64,000 bases of DNA from Zancudomyces culisetae HAW-14-8 (lineage: Eukaryota; Fungi; Kickxellomycota), in contig JBNJNM010000013.1 of NCBI GenBank assembly GCA_052426225.1, forward strand, positions 1,798,001 through 1,862,000, written 5' to 3'. This document shows positions 11,431 to 22,950 of this stretch, one piece after another. How positions within the stretch are numbered: the first letter of the stretch is position 1; every line of letters starts with the position of its first letter. The notes under the pieces were generated by a model, which saw only the letters and a list, made by a program, of their open reading frames with translations, was not told the DNA's origin and ran no database searches. The translations under genes and the position numbers were made by a program.

Positions 11431-12760
11431 CTTTGCCTCATATTCTTTGTTTGTTTTTGCTTTTTGTGATGCTTTTTCTACTCCAATCTTATAATAAGAT
11501 TTGTTATCTCCTTTTTAGTTTGTGTAGTCCTTGCTGCTTTGAATATGTAAAGTGTTGTTTCTGTTTATCTGGGTTTTTTTTTCGTGCTATTTGCTGAAAC
11601 TTTGTTAGGTTGTTTAGTTTTGTTTTTATTTTGTGTTATAGCAAGAAACTCAATTATTTAGTGATAGTTTTATTTATAGTAAAGCTTCTGGATTTGCTAA
11701 CATTTACTATTTCGACTATTTTTGTGCCAGTTTGTTACAGAGGAAAGGGGTAAGAATGCAAGCTATTAGCCACCTTTCCTCCCCCCAACCTCCTCCATTT
11801 AAAGCTGCAAGATTTAAATTTGGCCTGAGCCTTAACCACACACGCTTACAATTGTTGTTCAATCATAATTTTCCACAAATAGAAAAAAAAAAATCAATTA
11901 ATTAAACCAGAATAAATAGGCAGAGAAAACAAAAGCCCAAAGAATAGGGAAAGAAATGAAGCATGTTCCTCTGTATCTTTAATACCCTTCTTGATAAGAT
12001 GATTACATCGTTGGCGTCCTAAAAAGTTATACAAGATAGTGTAAAGTTTACACGTAAGCTTGATTTCTGGTGTGGGGGTGTTGTGGAAAATATTATGAAA
12101 CCTTACCTTTTTTTAATTTGCCTTGCTGACACTGCTCAAATCTGTGAACCATATGAGTGTATTCGGCAAAAGTAGCAAAACCCCATTTCCTCACCAATGA
12201 CGCACTAAGGTATCATCATGGACACCAAATCTTCCATTATTTTACCACAATTCAAGAATCTTTTCAATAGAAGTACTCTGAGAGCTCTGGGTGCTTTCTC
12301 TTTTTCAAATACCAACACTTCGTTTCAAATGCAGGATAACAGGGGAAAACTGGTGCAAAATAAAAACGGTTTATAATTCGAAAAAATCAACAATGCAACG
12401 ATAATCAATATGTATATCTCTGTAAAAGTCTAATATACCTGACCCACACACGTTAGCTGTGGTACAGTGAGGTAGGAAGTAGTATACTGGTGGAATATGC
12501 GTGAAACATCACGGATGATTGTTGTTTTTGTCTGGCTCAACCTGTGACAACAATATTTATTTGCCCAAAAATGGTACAAGTTACTTTATATAAAAGCAAG
12601 ATAATGATCTAGGGTTATATTTTATGCGAAGCGCTGTTTGGAGTACAATTAACGGCCTTGAAACGATGACTAGTATCTAATAAAATAGATCCATTCGTAA
12701 CCTTTAACTGAGGAGGGAACAAAAATAGATTTGTCTTAGATGAGCGAAAAACTCTTATGA

Positions 12761-13372
12761 TCATGAGTAGTATAGCTCCAAACTCATTCCATCGTGGATC
12801 TCGTCTAAAAAGTATCAAAAATATTAGAATATCACAATATTGGGGATGGTATGTTATATATTGTAGAAATAAACAGAAACTTACAGTCTTCAAGAGTTAC
12901 ATGATCTTTAAAAATTGTGTACCTAAGATGGAATTTGCAAAGATTTTACATGTTTTTAACTCTGCTCTTAAAAACAGTGAAAAATAGAAATAAGATACGA
13001 GTAAAGCCTACGAAGCTTATAAAAACAAGAATGAATGTTAGAAAACGTGGATAACTTACCATTTTTTTAGTACTATCTTTTCTGGCTTAGTTCCGGTTTG
13101 TGCAGCAATAAGGATCTTTAAATCGCCAATTGTGTCATCTGGGCTAGTAATATTTTAATTATAATACAACTTTTAGTCACATTCTCTAATCGTCAAATGG
13201 TATGCTATATGAACAGTTACGTTCTAAGCACGTTGGTAAATCTATTCCCCTCTTGTAAAAAGGATCAAGCTGAAACACAAATACGTATAATAAAGTGTTA
13301 ACAAAATAAGACTTACTTGCATTTGACGCGGACTTTTTTGCCCAAACGATCATTACACATAATCTCAATCAT
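12761..13372 (-). CDS. HUB1: Ubiquitin-like protein Hub1/UBL5, 73 aa; exons 13372-13317, 13143-13060, 12922-12885, 12804-12761
   Basis: Manual splicing at three GTAAGT..TAG introns gives [73 protein letters not shown], with the diagnostic C-terminal YY. Not in the ORF track. Confidence 0.97.
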
Positions 13373-15807
13373 TTTCTTTGTGAAGGTATTTGAGGTATCT
13401 GCTATTTATATCCAGCTGCTTTTTCTATTAAGCTTTTAACGAAATATCTAACCTCTAATAAATCTGAGCTGGATTATTTTTTCTTTTTGGTATTTGAAGC
13501 AAAATTGAGCAATGAGCAACCAGTAATAGGCAATAATCGATTCATCTACTTTATTAATAACAGAGTTGCGATTCTATCATAATTCGACCAAGGCTCAGTA
13601 AAAAAAAGGACAAAGTAAATGAATAAAGGACTTTTATATTGCCAAAACAAACAGGGTAGAGATACTGGAGGTTTCTATTGTAATCTACCGATGGTACGTT
13701 CATCACTATCACACCGTGTACATTTGAAATATGTATAGCTGAATGCGTGCAAGTTTTTTCTCGTGGGCCACCTCTTAACTTGCACATATTCAACCATACA
13801 ACCAAAATTTAAAATACAGGCGATTTTCAAGCATAAAGCTGAAAGCAGTGCCATTCCAATCAACAAACCTGAAAAGTTCACTCTGCTGAGGTACATTAAT
13901 TCCTTGAATAAGCAGTGTGCGCATAGATTGCAAGGGCATCTAATACCACCAAGGCCAATGGAACGAATACCACATTTCCCGACATCTTTTTATGTGCCCG
14001 TTTTTTGTACTGCAAAGAAAAACCAATGCGGATTAGTATATTGCAACGCCAATATCCTAATGTGCTAAATGCATTTTCAATAGCTGTGTATAAACTCAGT
14101 GCAAACTATAAAGAGTTCTTTCTCTTTTTTTTCGTAGTTGTGGATAACAAGTAAAAGTTCAGTAAATCATTCCCTAATACTGGAAGATTGTTGAAATGAA
14201 TAACACATAGCGCATATATTTTACTTTGTCATTTCTTTTTACATGTAAACTAGCACATTGTGCAATTGGTTAAGAAACTCTGTAAAGTACATAAATAGCA
14301 CCAAAGACTTCATCCTCAACGTATAGTGAGTTTCGATGGTATCAACAGGTTGTATTACAGATGGTTAACGAAAGGAAAAGCGGCTAAAAGTAAAATCCGT
14401 AGAAGGGAATGTCGTTTTTTTAAGAGGGGATAGTGGAAGAGCATGATTGATGTTTAACAAGTTGTCTATGTTTTAGGGGCTAAAAAAATGAAGTGTACAT
14501 TAACTTGACCTTTTTCCAGGCTTCCATTTGACGGGAGAGGCGGGAGGGGGGTAAGGTAAATCTCCAAATAGCAGGTGTGTACTCTACTCGAAATCAATGT
14601 GGTTTGCAATCAAGATAAAAAATTGCATTTTTTTCAAATGCTTTGAACGAACCAATGACACGAGCGAAAAGTGAGAAAAACGCAGCAAAAATAACAACCA
14701 TGTGGGAGATGAGCTTCAAAGCACGCTTGATTGGTGTGTTGCCCATTCTGTGCTTTTTTTTTATACATTTCGTTGAAAAATGTTCAAGCTAATGAATAAA
14801 GTTAATAGCAAAAGAGTAACTACATTATTTGAGGTCATAGTAAATACATTCAAGTGCATTGAATATCACATTTCAGGATAATGTTAGTGGGATAATGTAT
14901 ACTCCCCAATGAGGCGTTCGTTGAGCTTCAGAAAAATAATAGCTAGGAAAACCATGATTGAGTTCAAATGATTTCCATACTCAAGCTGCCTTAGCGAATA
15001 GAAAGCAAATATAGGTGGAATAACATAAAAGCTTTACTCACTTTGTGCAGTTTTTGAATAGCATTTTTCCCTTACTGGCCCTAAGAAAAGAAAATGAAGT
15101 GCCAGCAAAGTTGAATAAAATAAAGGGAAATCATGAATTACTATGTTAGCTGGGTAAGAATAATGGGTATCAAGGTTAAAGTGGTAAATTTCCTGAGAGA
15201 AACGGAAGGCAGCTTCCTAAGATTTCATTGTTTATGGAAAACCATTTACAAAAAAAAATATGCAGATAATATGACTGACCTCTTTTGTGTAGATTGTAAC
15301 ATGCTTTTTTAGATAGGTTAGCTAAGATGAAGTGGTATGATTAAATAACAGTTGTAAACTCCAATAAAAGTGATTGGTGTTCTGTAGCCCATTGGTTATA
15401 CAAAAAAAGCGTAAAAATAATTTGTGTGGGAAATTAAATCACAAGATATAATTATTATAGGAGAACAAAGAATTGCATAAAAAGCTCAGCCTATAGAATC
15501 TTATTTTACATAATCCAGAAAAAGAATTCGGCTAAACGAAATGGATGGATATTCTAGTTATACATAAGTGTAGTTCTTTTTGTTTTTAGAGAAATTAATA
15601 GGGAAATGGTAAAAAAAAGCTTAAAATGAAAAAATATAGCATTGCACCTATGATTTAAAAGAAAACCAAAAGAAAAAATATACTAGGCTAAACTAAAGAT
15701 AAAAAGAATATTTAAGAGGTAATAGCTGGCATCTTTCTACTTACGATTCATTTGGAAAAAAACAGGATAAATGTACATAAAGAACGCACCCAACTCTTTG
15801 TAGCAGC

Positions 15808-16554
15808 ATGGACAAACCTAAAAGACCAAAAGCATTCAAAAAGATTAAGGATGATCCAATTTTTGACTGTGGTATTGGGTTGAATAGACCCCACACCATT
15901 TCAAATTTTCAATTTTCTTCTAACGATGATAGTTTAAAATATGAGAGGAAAAACAAATCACGAAATTCTCATGGAGGCAGCAGTAAGCATAAACATAGAG
16001 CGTCGAGCGGTGTGGAGTTCAGTTCAAAAATCCTTGCGCCATCTCCAAGAAAACTCTGTATGCTGAACTTTACTGGCCACATCTTGGGATCTGAACAGAG
16101 TTCAAGCACGATACGCTCAAGCGAACGATCCAGAGAGAGCTCGCCAGAAAATTCGGGAAAATCAGAGGATGATGCAGCGAGGCTGGAACTGATGGATATT
16201 GTATGTAATTTTAGATCATTCAGTAGGAGACTAGATTTAAACACTAACCCTGATGCGCTCGCTGACACATTTACCGACACATGCTCTGTTACTACTGAAG
16301 AAGTGTCAGGTTCAAGCTGCTCGAGATCTTTCCGCGATTTTCCATTGGCGCACTCGCCTATTTGTCGAACAGGTAATACTTTGCCTAAGAATCATGGTTT
16401 TCGGCTTTATTTTGACTCGGGAAAGTCATACGAACGTTCCTTCACGAATGGAGCCCGATCAGGGACCCCTGAGTGCCTCCAGCCGATTGGGTTCGACAAT
16501 CCTAATGGGACCAGCGGTAATCTGGGTTATTCGGGGAACGATCTTGTTTTTTGA
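15808..16554 (+). CDS. Hypothetical Ser-rich protein, 248 aa
   Basis: ATG-initiated ORF, GC higher than the flanks, with an A-rich leader; no family recognised. Confidence 0.65.
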   Translation: MDKPKRPKAFKKIKDDPIFDCGIGLNRPHTISNFQFSSNDDSLKYERKNKSRNSHGGSSKHKHRASSGVEFSSKILAPSPRKLCMLNFTGHILGSEQSSSTIRSSERSRESSPENSGKSEDDAARLELMDIVCNFRSFSRRLDLNTNPDALADTFTDTCSVTTEEVSGSSCSRSFRDFPLAHSPICRTGNTLPKNHGFRLYFDSGKSYERSFTNGARSGTPECLQPIGFDNPNGTSGNLGYSGNDLVF

Positions 16555-17442
16555 GGTACCTAGAGAAAAAAGAGCAAAATACCTAGAAAATGCTGCAGTA
16601 CTGTAAATGTTTTACGAGATGCGATTTCCCGAGTTTATATCTGCCGATGCTGTCAATAATATTTATTATCCCAAATGTGCTAATACTCTTTTTATTGTAG
16701 TTTTACTAATTTGCTTGGAACATTTTGGACTCACTGTATACTTATCACATTACTTATTTTGTTCTTTTTTTGTACTATCCTAATTATTTCTTTACTTGGT
16801 TTGGTTGAAAGTAATAAACGGCCAATTGGTGAGTGTATTTCACTTTGATGTTAGTTTAGATGTTGTTAACATAGTTCTCTGCTCCTTACTACTGTGGTGG
16901 TGGAAGAAAAATCCAAATTTTAGATTCGGCTTAAACAACTACAATCAGATAGAATCAAAACCCAGCGTAGTAGCAGTAATGTGACGTGAGAGTAGGCGAG
17001 AGTAGGTGAATAGGCTGAATGCTATGAGAAAAATAGTACAAAGTAAAGTTGGCTTATGGTTCTTTTAAATTTTTTTTATTTCTGGTGAAACTCAAAATTA
17101 GGTCAAATTAAATAAATTGGTCTGCATGAATTTTTTTTTAGCATTTAATTGCAAGTTCGTTTTTGTTTAGCCTAAATGAGCTGAAAAATTCTTGAGAGCA
17201 ATATAACCAAGCCAAAAGTAAAGCATAGACGAATCGGTGTTACGATTATAAAACACTGAGCTCTAACTTTCGAATTGTATGTTCTCTAAACGCGTATTAC
17301 AAGAAACACGCATTATATATACGGAACATAGAATTTTCTTTGGAAGACAGTAGTTAACTTTGGAATTATTCAATGGATATTGCAAAAAGCCTTTTACCTC
17401 AGTTGTTTGTATAATAAAGCCAAAAATTGGAGAATATATATA

Positions 17443-18365
17443 ATGTCTTCGCTATTAAAGAAGCATGAGGAATTTAAAAAGACCATAGCTAGGCAGGAGG
17501 TCTATGGAAAACCAGTAGTCAATTCGATCAGCAGTGCATTGGCTGCTCAAAATAATGAAAAAGTATCTCAAAGCAGACACGTTCTAGGTTCGCTATACTC
17601 GATTATAAACCATCTCAAGGTAGATGCCACAATACTTTTTTTTTACCTTAACTTTGTTTTTTTTTTCTCTCGGAATATATAAAATATGAAAAACTAAGAG
17701 GTTGAAAATACACAAGAAACTGAATGGAAAATAACAATAGTTGTAATATCTAAATCCCATTGTAAATTCCAATATAGACGGTAGGAAGGCCCCAAACATC
17801 TGCAGAAATATATCGGTACACAACAATAGACATCGACAAGGATAGTGCTATTTTTAAAGAAGTAACCAACAATTCCAAAATAATATATAACGAAGCCAAC
17901 AAAACTTTTGAATACAAGCCTGAGTTTGGTATCAGAAACAAGGACGAGCTACTACATATGCTTGAGAAGAACCAAGGTAGAGGTGGGATAAGCGTTAGAG
18001 AGCTCAAAGACTCATACATTGATATCTCTAAAGCAATCCAAGAACTAAAACAAGATAAAAAGATTCTGACAATGGATAACAAAGATGGCACGCCCAGAGT
18101 TCTCTTTTGTAATACAGACAGTGAAAATAGCAAGCTAAGTATTGATCAAGAATTTAAGGATATCTGGACCACACTTAGAGTTCCTGACGAAACCGATTTG
18201 GAGTTTGAGATGAACAAAGCTGGGCTGAAACAAATGGAGGTTTTCAGAACCAAGTCAGCAGCCGATGCGGACGCACCCAGGGAAATGAAGAAGAGCAGAA
18301 AGTTCAAAATAACAAACACCCATTTGGAGGGTATCGATCTAACGCAGGACTATGTTCCCAAATAA
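17443..18365 (+). CDS. TFA2: TFIIE beta subunit; exons 17443-17619, 17778-18365
   Basis: Spliced product has LYSIINHLK, NNSKIIYN...TFEYKPEFGIRNKDELL, GGISVRELKDS, IDQEFKDIW and KITNTHL. The phase-0 intron runs GTAGAT..TATAG. Confidence 0.9.
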
Positions 18366-18540
18366 GACTAGAGACAATACAATATTATTTACTTTTATTT
18401 ATAGTATATGTTTTATTTACTACTAAATAAACGAACAAACAAACAGAAAAAGGCGGATCTTAATTGTATTGTAGCATTTTTACTAATATATTCCCACTTG
18501 TCTTTTTTTCTGGTAAGAGAAAAAGAAAGAAACATGCAAC

Positions 18541-18990
18541 TTATTGTTGCTCAGCAGCCAACTTGGTCTTAACTACTTGAGCGCTAATTCTATCAAGATC
18601 TCTTTGTCCAGTTGATGAGATTTTTCTACCACCGTTGTTGTCCTTTTCTAGAATATTTAGTTTCTCGAGTGCTTGGAGGCATTTTCTTGCAACGTTTCCT
18701 GATCCGTTGGCGTGGTGGCTTGGTCTGGTTCCTCGTCTGATCTTTCCTCCGTGTACCTTGGTCAATGCTCCAACTCCTACATTTCCGCGCAAGTAAATGT
18801 GTCTTGCAATTGCAGCGCATCTAACGTAGAACCAGTCATTGTCTAATGGGCTAAGTTCTTTGTATGCTCCTGTTTTGCAGTACTCGGTCCAGGCTGGGAT
18901 ATCTAGTTTTCCTGACTTTTTCAAGTGAGCAGCGTATGCCTTAACAAATGAGTGGGCGTTTACGTCCTTGACTGTGACTGGTGCTGACAT
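18541..18990 (-). CDS. RPS19: 40S ribosomal protein S19 (eS19)
   Basis: VTVKDV, DWFYVRCAAIARHIYLR, RRGTRPSHH, GGRKISSTGQRDLDRI. Confidence 0.98.
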   Translation of the reverse strand: MSAPVTVKDVNAHSFVKAYAAHLKKSGKLDIPAWTEYCKTGAYKELSPLDNDWFYVRCAAIARHIYLRGNVGVGALTKVHGGKIRRGTRPSHHANGSGNVARKCLQALEKLNILEKDNNGGRKISSTGQRDLDRISAQVVKTKLAAEQQ

Positions 18991-19002
18991 TTTTTTGCTT
19001 TT

Positions 19003-19245
19003 CTATTTACTCGTCTAATAATCGATACCACATTAAATCGTTAGACGTTCACCGGATATACTGAGGTCAGCAGATGAAATAGTCAAAACACAAAAAAAAA
19101 CAAAAAGTCACACTGGAGTTTGATTCCATCTCAATGGAAACAAAATCAATCTGATTTCAGCTGTTTCCACAAATTCACAAATCTCAGCAATACATAGGTG
19201 ATAATGAATAAGAAAGTGTTCTCGTTTTTCATAACTTATACTTAC
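19003..19245 (-). other. Probable 5'-UTR intron of RPS19
   Basis: Minus strand has AG|GTAAGT at 19245, CTAAC at about 19044-19040, and TAG acceptors at 19015 or 19003, ending 12-24 nt before the ATG. Confidence 0.6.
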
Positions 19246-19868
19246 CTCTGAAGATTTCTCGAAAGATCGATTTCACACTTTTCGAACTAAATTTATTTTA
19301 GAAGGAACAAAAACAAAAAGTTTATACCTTTTATGAACTTAGTTGTTTTATTAAATTTTTTTTTTTCAAGAAATTTTTTTTGTGATTTTTTTTTACTTAA
19401 CAATAGAAGAGGGCATAAGGGTAAAACCCAAAATGTTTGCCAGAAATTTTTTTCATTTCTCCTGTTTCTCGAATATTTTGACCTCCTGGTTTAATTTGGG
19501 GGGCTTTAATGTCTTTATTTTTTTCTCCTAAAAAAATTTTATAAGCAAAAAAATTTTTAAAAGTGCTATGTAGATATTATTGGATAATAATGGACTTATT
19601 TTGTACAGTTATTGGATGCACTCTTTGCCTTTCTATAAATTGCAGTGTATTCCCAGTAAAAGGCTTATTTTGCTGGGATTTTACAAACGCACACAAAATC
19701 GAGATTTTATGAAAAAAACTAACCCTAAATAGTTTTTGTTTTTTTACACCAAAAAGGCTTATGCACAACCCAAGTTGTAAAGGGACAAGCCAATGAATCG
19801 TAGCAAGATCTTAACCGATATTTGAAAACAAATCACGGGACTGTTGCCATTAGGATGACACAACCGCA

Positions 19869-19935
19869 CACCAACACCAACACCAGCATCATCAATATCA
19901 ATATCAACATCAACATCAATATCAACATCAATATC
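19869..19935. repeat. Degenerate hexamer array (ACCAAC / ATCAAY)n
   Basis: Read directly; intergenic. Confidence 0.8.
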
Positions 19936-21844
19936 ACTGCCTAAAAGCTTTTATTATGTTTGGTTCGGTATAGAGTGAAGAACCTCAGCAAAGATTCCTC
20001 ACATACAAAAAGGGCACTTGGTGTCTGATGAAACTATCAATTCAGCTATACTTTTGGAACTGAGTTGTACATTTTCGTTCCAAAGTTGCGACTTGCCCTA
20101 TAAAATAAACACATGGCCGAAGCATCTCAAGCTGAATGAATACAGGTTATATCTGATTACATTATGTACACAGTACAACATTAAAACATCTGGAATCCTT
20201 TATGCGTTTAAAGAAAGCTATCAAAGCACTTTATGAACATAATGCGAGAGAGTGTGCATAGCATGTAAACAATGAATAAAATGCACCACACTCTTTTAGG
20301 ATTTGTACAAAATGTTGTTTTCAGATATCTAACTTCGCTTGTATAAAATAACTTTGATATTTTATTATGTATACTTCGATTCACGCACTACCCCTCCCCT
20401 TTTCCGAAATTCATAGTGACATAATGGATAGACCAAAGATACTCAGAGAGAAGCATCTCTCAAATCGTAGATTATAGCTTACTGTGATTAGATATTAGTT
20501 TAGTTTAGCAATACCATTTTTATCAATACTTGCTTAATACACACGTTTATTTAGAATGATTGTGATACTACTAATCCATATTTTTTTGATGATTGCAAGC
20601 TGTACTGCTATTATTGCAGAACATAGAATAATTTGATATTTACAATGGAAGAATAGTGTACCAAGCGATGTAATATATTGTCTTGCAATCAGAATTAGTA
20701 ACATCAACATCAAACTTTGATTGATGCTTTTAGATTTTCCAGTTTTACCTAGCTAAGCACCTTCCTGAGTTTACCACTATTTATATTGTTGGAAAGTTGT
20801 GTAAATAATGACTTTGTTAAATAAATAGCTTACTACCCCTCATGGATGAAATTGGAAAAGAGCGCATACATATCTTATTTTCGTATCACTTTCTACCTCT
20901 TTTTCGGCTGCAGTGAATATACCCAAAGTATGCAAAAGTAGCATGTATTATTTTCTCTATTTTTTTTCCTGCAACACAGAGTATACACCTGAAAAGCTGC
21001 TTAATTGTTGAATTAACCATACATTTTCTTCCTTCTCTGCGTTTTTTTTCCTTCGCTCATGTTTTTTAAGGATCAAAAATAACAATTTATTCGTTCGCGT
21101 TATTTTTTTGATAAACTAAAAAAAAGAAAAATATCCGAAACTGAAAAAATATGTTGTTAAGCAAAGTTACATACAGATTGGAGTTTGTGTATGAGAGTAT
21201 GTATAAAGCAGCTAAGCTTGATGACGCAATGTCTTGAACATGTACTTATCCACTCAGTACACTTTTTGTTGTTAGCCACTCATCAATTGGAGAAAAGCTG
21301 ATATGAACCAAAAAAGGATGTTTCCATTTTGGTACTTGCATGTTTGTTCTTTTTTGAGTAAAAAGCGTCATTACCATAACTTCTACACGTAAAGTAATAT
21401 TCTACTGTGGCTGGGTGTGTTTATAATATTTTCAATTTGGAAAATAATTATATAAAGCACTTATATCCAAACTCCTCTTAGATTTGTTCTTTAATTCAAT
21501 GAGGTGAAAGTTAGGTTTTATTACATCTTTCATTATAAGAAGAATACAAAAGAATTTTGAGGATCAATAAAAGATTAAGTTTGTCTCCGACATAAAATAG
21601 TACATTTGATCAATCTCTCTACAACTGAGCGGTGAAACAAAAAAAAAACACAATAACAAAACAAAAATATCTTTTGAGCAAAGTTAGTTTTGCATGAGAA
21701 TAGTAAGGCTACTTAAGCATATACCACACCTAGTCAATAGGAAAGGCAAAAAAAAAAAAACTTAACGGTGAGCCGAGATATATGATCAACGATAGAGCTA
21801 TATAGTATAGAAATAAGAACAAAATCGACACCAATATATATATA

Positions 21845-22624
21845 ATGGTAGCACTAGGGTTTGTGGGTGATTTAAAGGACAGTGGAACACATGAAATTGT
21901 CGAGTCGATTTTGGGTCAACATGGGATTGACAGTTATATTCAAAATCTGTTTTGTTTTTTTGGGTGGCTCTTTATTCCCGTTGGCATTTTCCATGTGCTG
22001 GTGGGAAGTAGAAATAGAAGAATAACACTATTTATGATAGGGTTTATCTGGGTATTTATATTTACATTGCAATTGTATTTTGTGGTTGCGTACTATATCA
22101 AAGATTATAGCGACCCCATTGGGTACTTTGTAGTTTTTATGATATTAACAGGTTTGGGTATAGGGATTTTATCTGCAATGTACCGAACATTTGGAAACGT
22201 GCTACTTTCAAGTTTGTTTGGGTTTTTTTTTATTTTTATCACTGACCTGGGTATACTACACTACTTTGAGAATGCTACACACTTTGTCCATCTGATTATG
22301 ATATTAGGAGCTTCTTTGGTTTTCTTCCTAATTACTCTGTATGAGCGATACCAAAATGAATGCGCAAAGGTATACACATCATTTATAGGTGCTTGTGAAC
22401 TGGTTTTTAGTATAGCATACTTTTCGAGACTCAACTTTTATCCAAACCTATTAAAATCAATTCTCGTGGCCGACAGCTCAGAGTATCTTGGTGGCATTGG
22501 GGAATCTATTGCGATATATATCAGCGTTTATTTCATTACTCTAGTAGGGTATCTTGTTCAGTCAACTCTCAAGCAATTCACATATAAAGATGTAGAATTG
22601 GTTGGTCTTTACCTGGACAAGTAG
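21845..22624 (+). CDS. Multi-pass membrane protein, DUF4203/TMEM198-TM7S3-like, 259 aa
   Basis: About 7 hydrophobic segments; GIFHVLVGSRNRRITLFMIGF resembles the family G..R....FL.GF motif, and YTSFIGA is present. Confidence 0.65.
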   Translation: MVALGFVGDLKDSGTHEIVESILGQHGIDSYIQNLFCFFGWLFIPVGIFHVLVGSRNRRITLFMIGFIWVFIFTLQLYFVVAYYIKDYSDPIGYFVVFMILTGLGIGILSAMYRTFGNVLLSSLFGFFFIFITDLGILHYFENATHFVHLIMILGASLVFFLITLYERYQNECAKVYTSFIGACELVFSIAYFSRLNFYPNLLKSILVADSSEYLGGIGESIAIYISVYFITLVGYLVQSTLKQFTYKDVELVGLYLDK

Positions 22625-22950
22625 ATGGTTATTGGGGTTATTGTAATTTGTACAATTCCAAAGAATTGAAAATAAAACGGTCATTTCCCAAGATTGAAAT
22701 CGAGGTTTATACAAAACACTTTCGATTGAAGGGTTCGAGGTAAATTCTTATGAAAAAAATCAAGCAAAGCTTGCACTTTCTTTCCCATGCGCGAACAACC
22801 GAAATGGGTTCACAAAACATAATATATTCGTTTATTTTCTGACACATCTAATATGTTGCGATCACAATAAAAGGGGGTAAACATGTCTAGGTTGATTCTG
22901 GCTTATTAGTAGTACAGTCTTTTCTAACTTGAAAAAAAAATAACAAAAAG

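Noticed and set aside
13554-14068. Open frames of about 100 codons on both strands upstream of HUB1
   Set aside because: They have no credible start, stops nearby and no family motif; cannot be supported.
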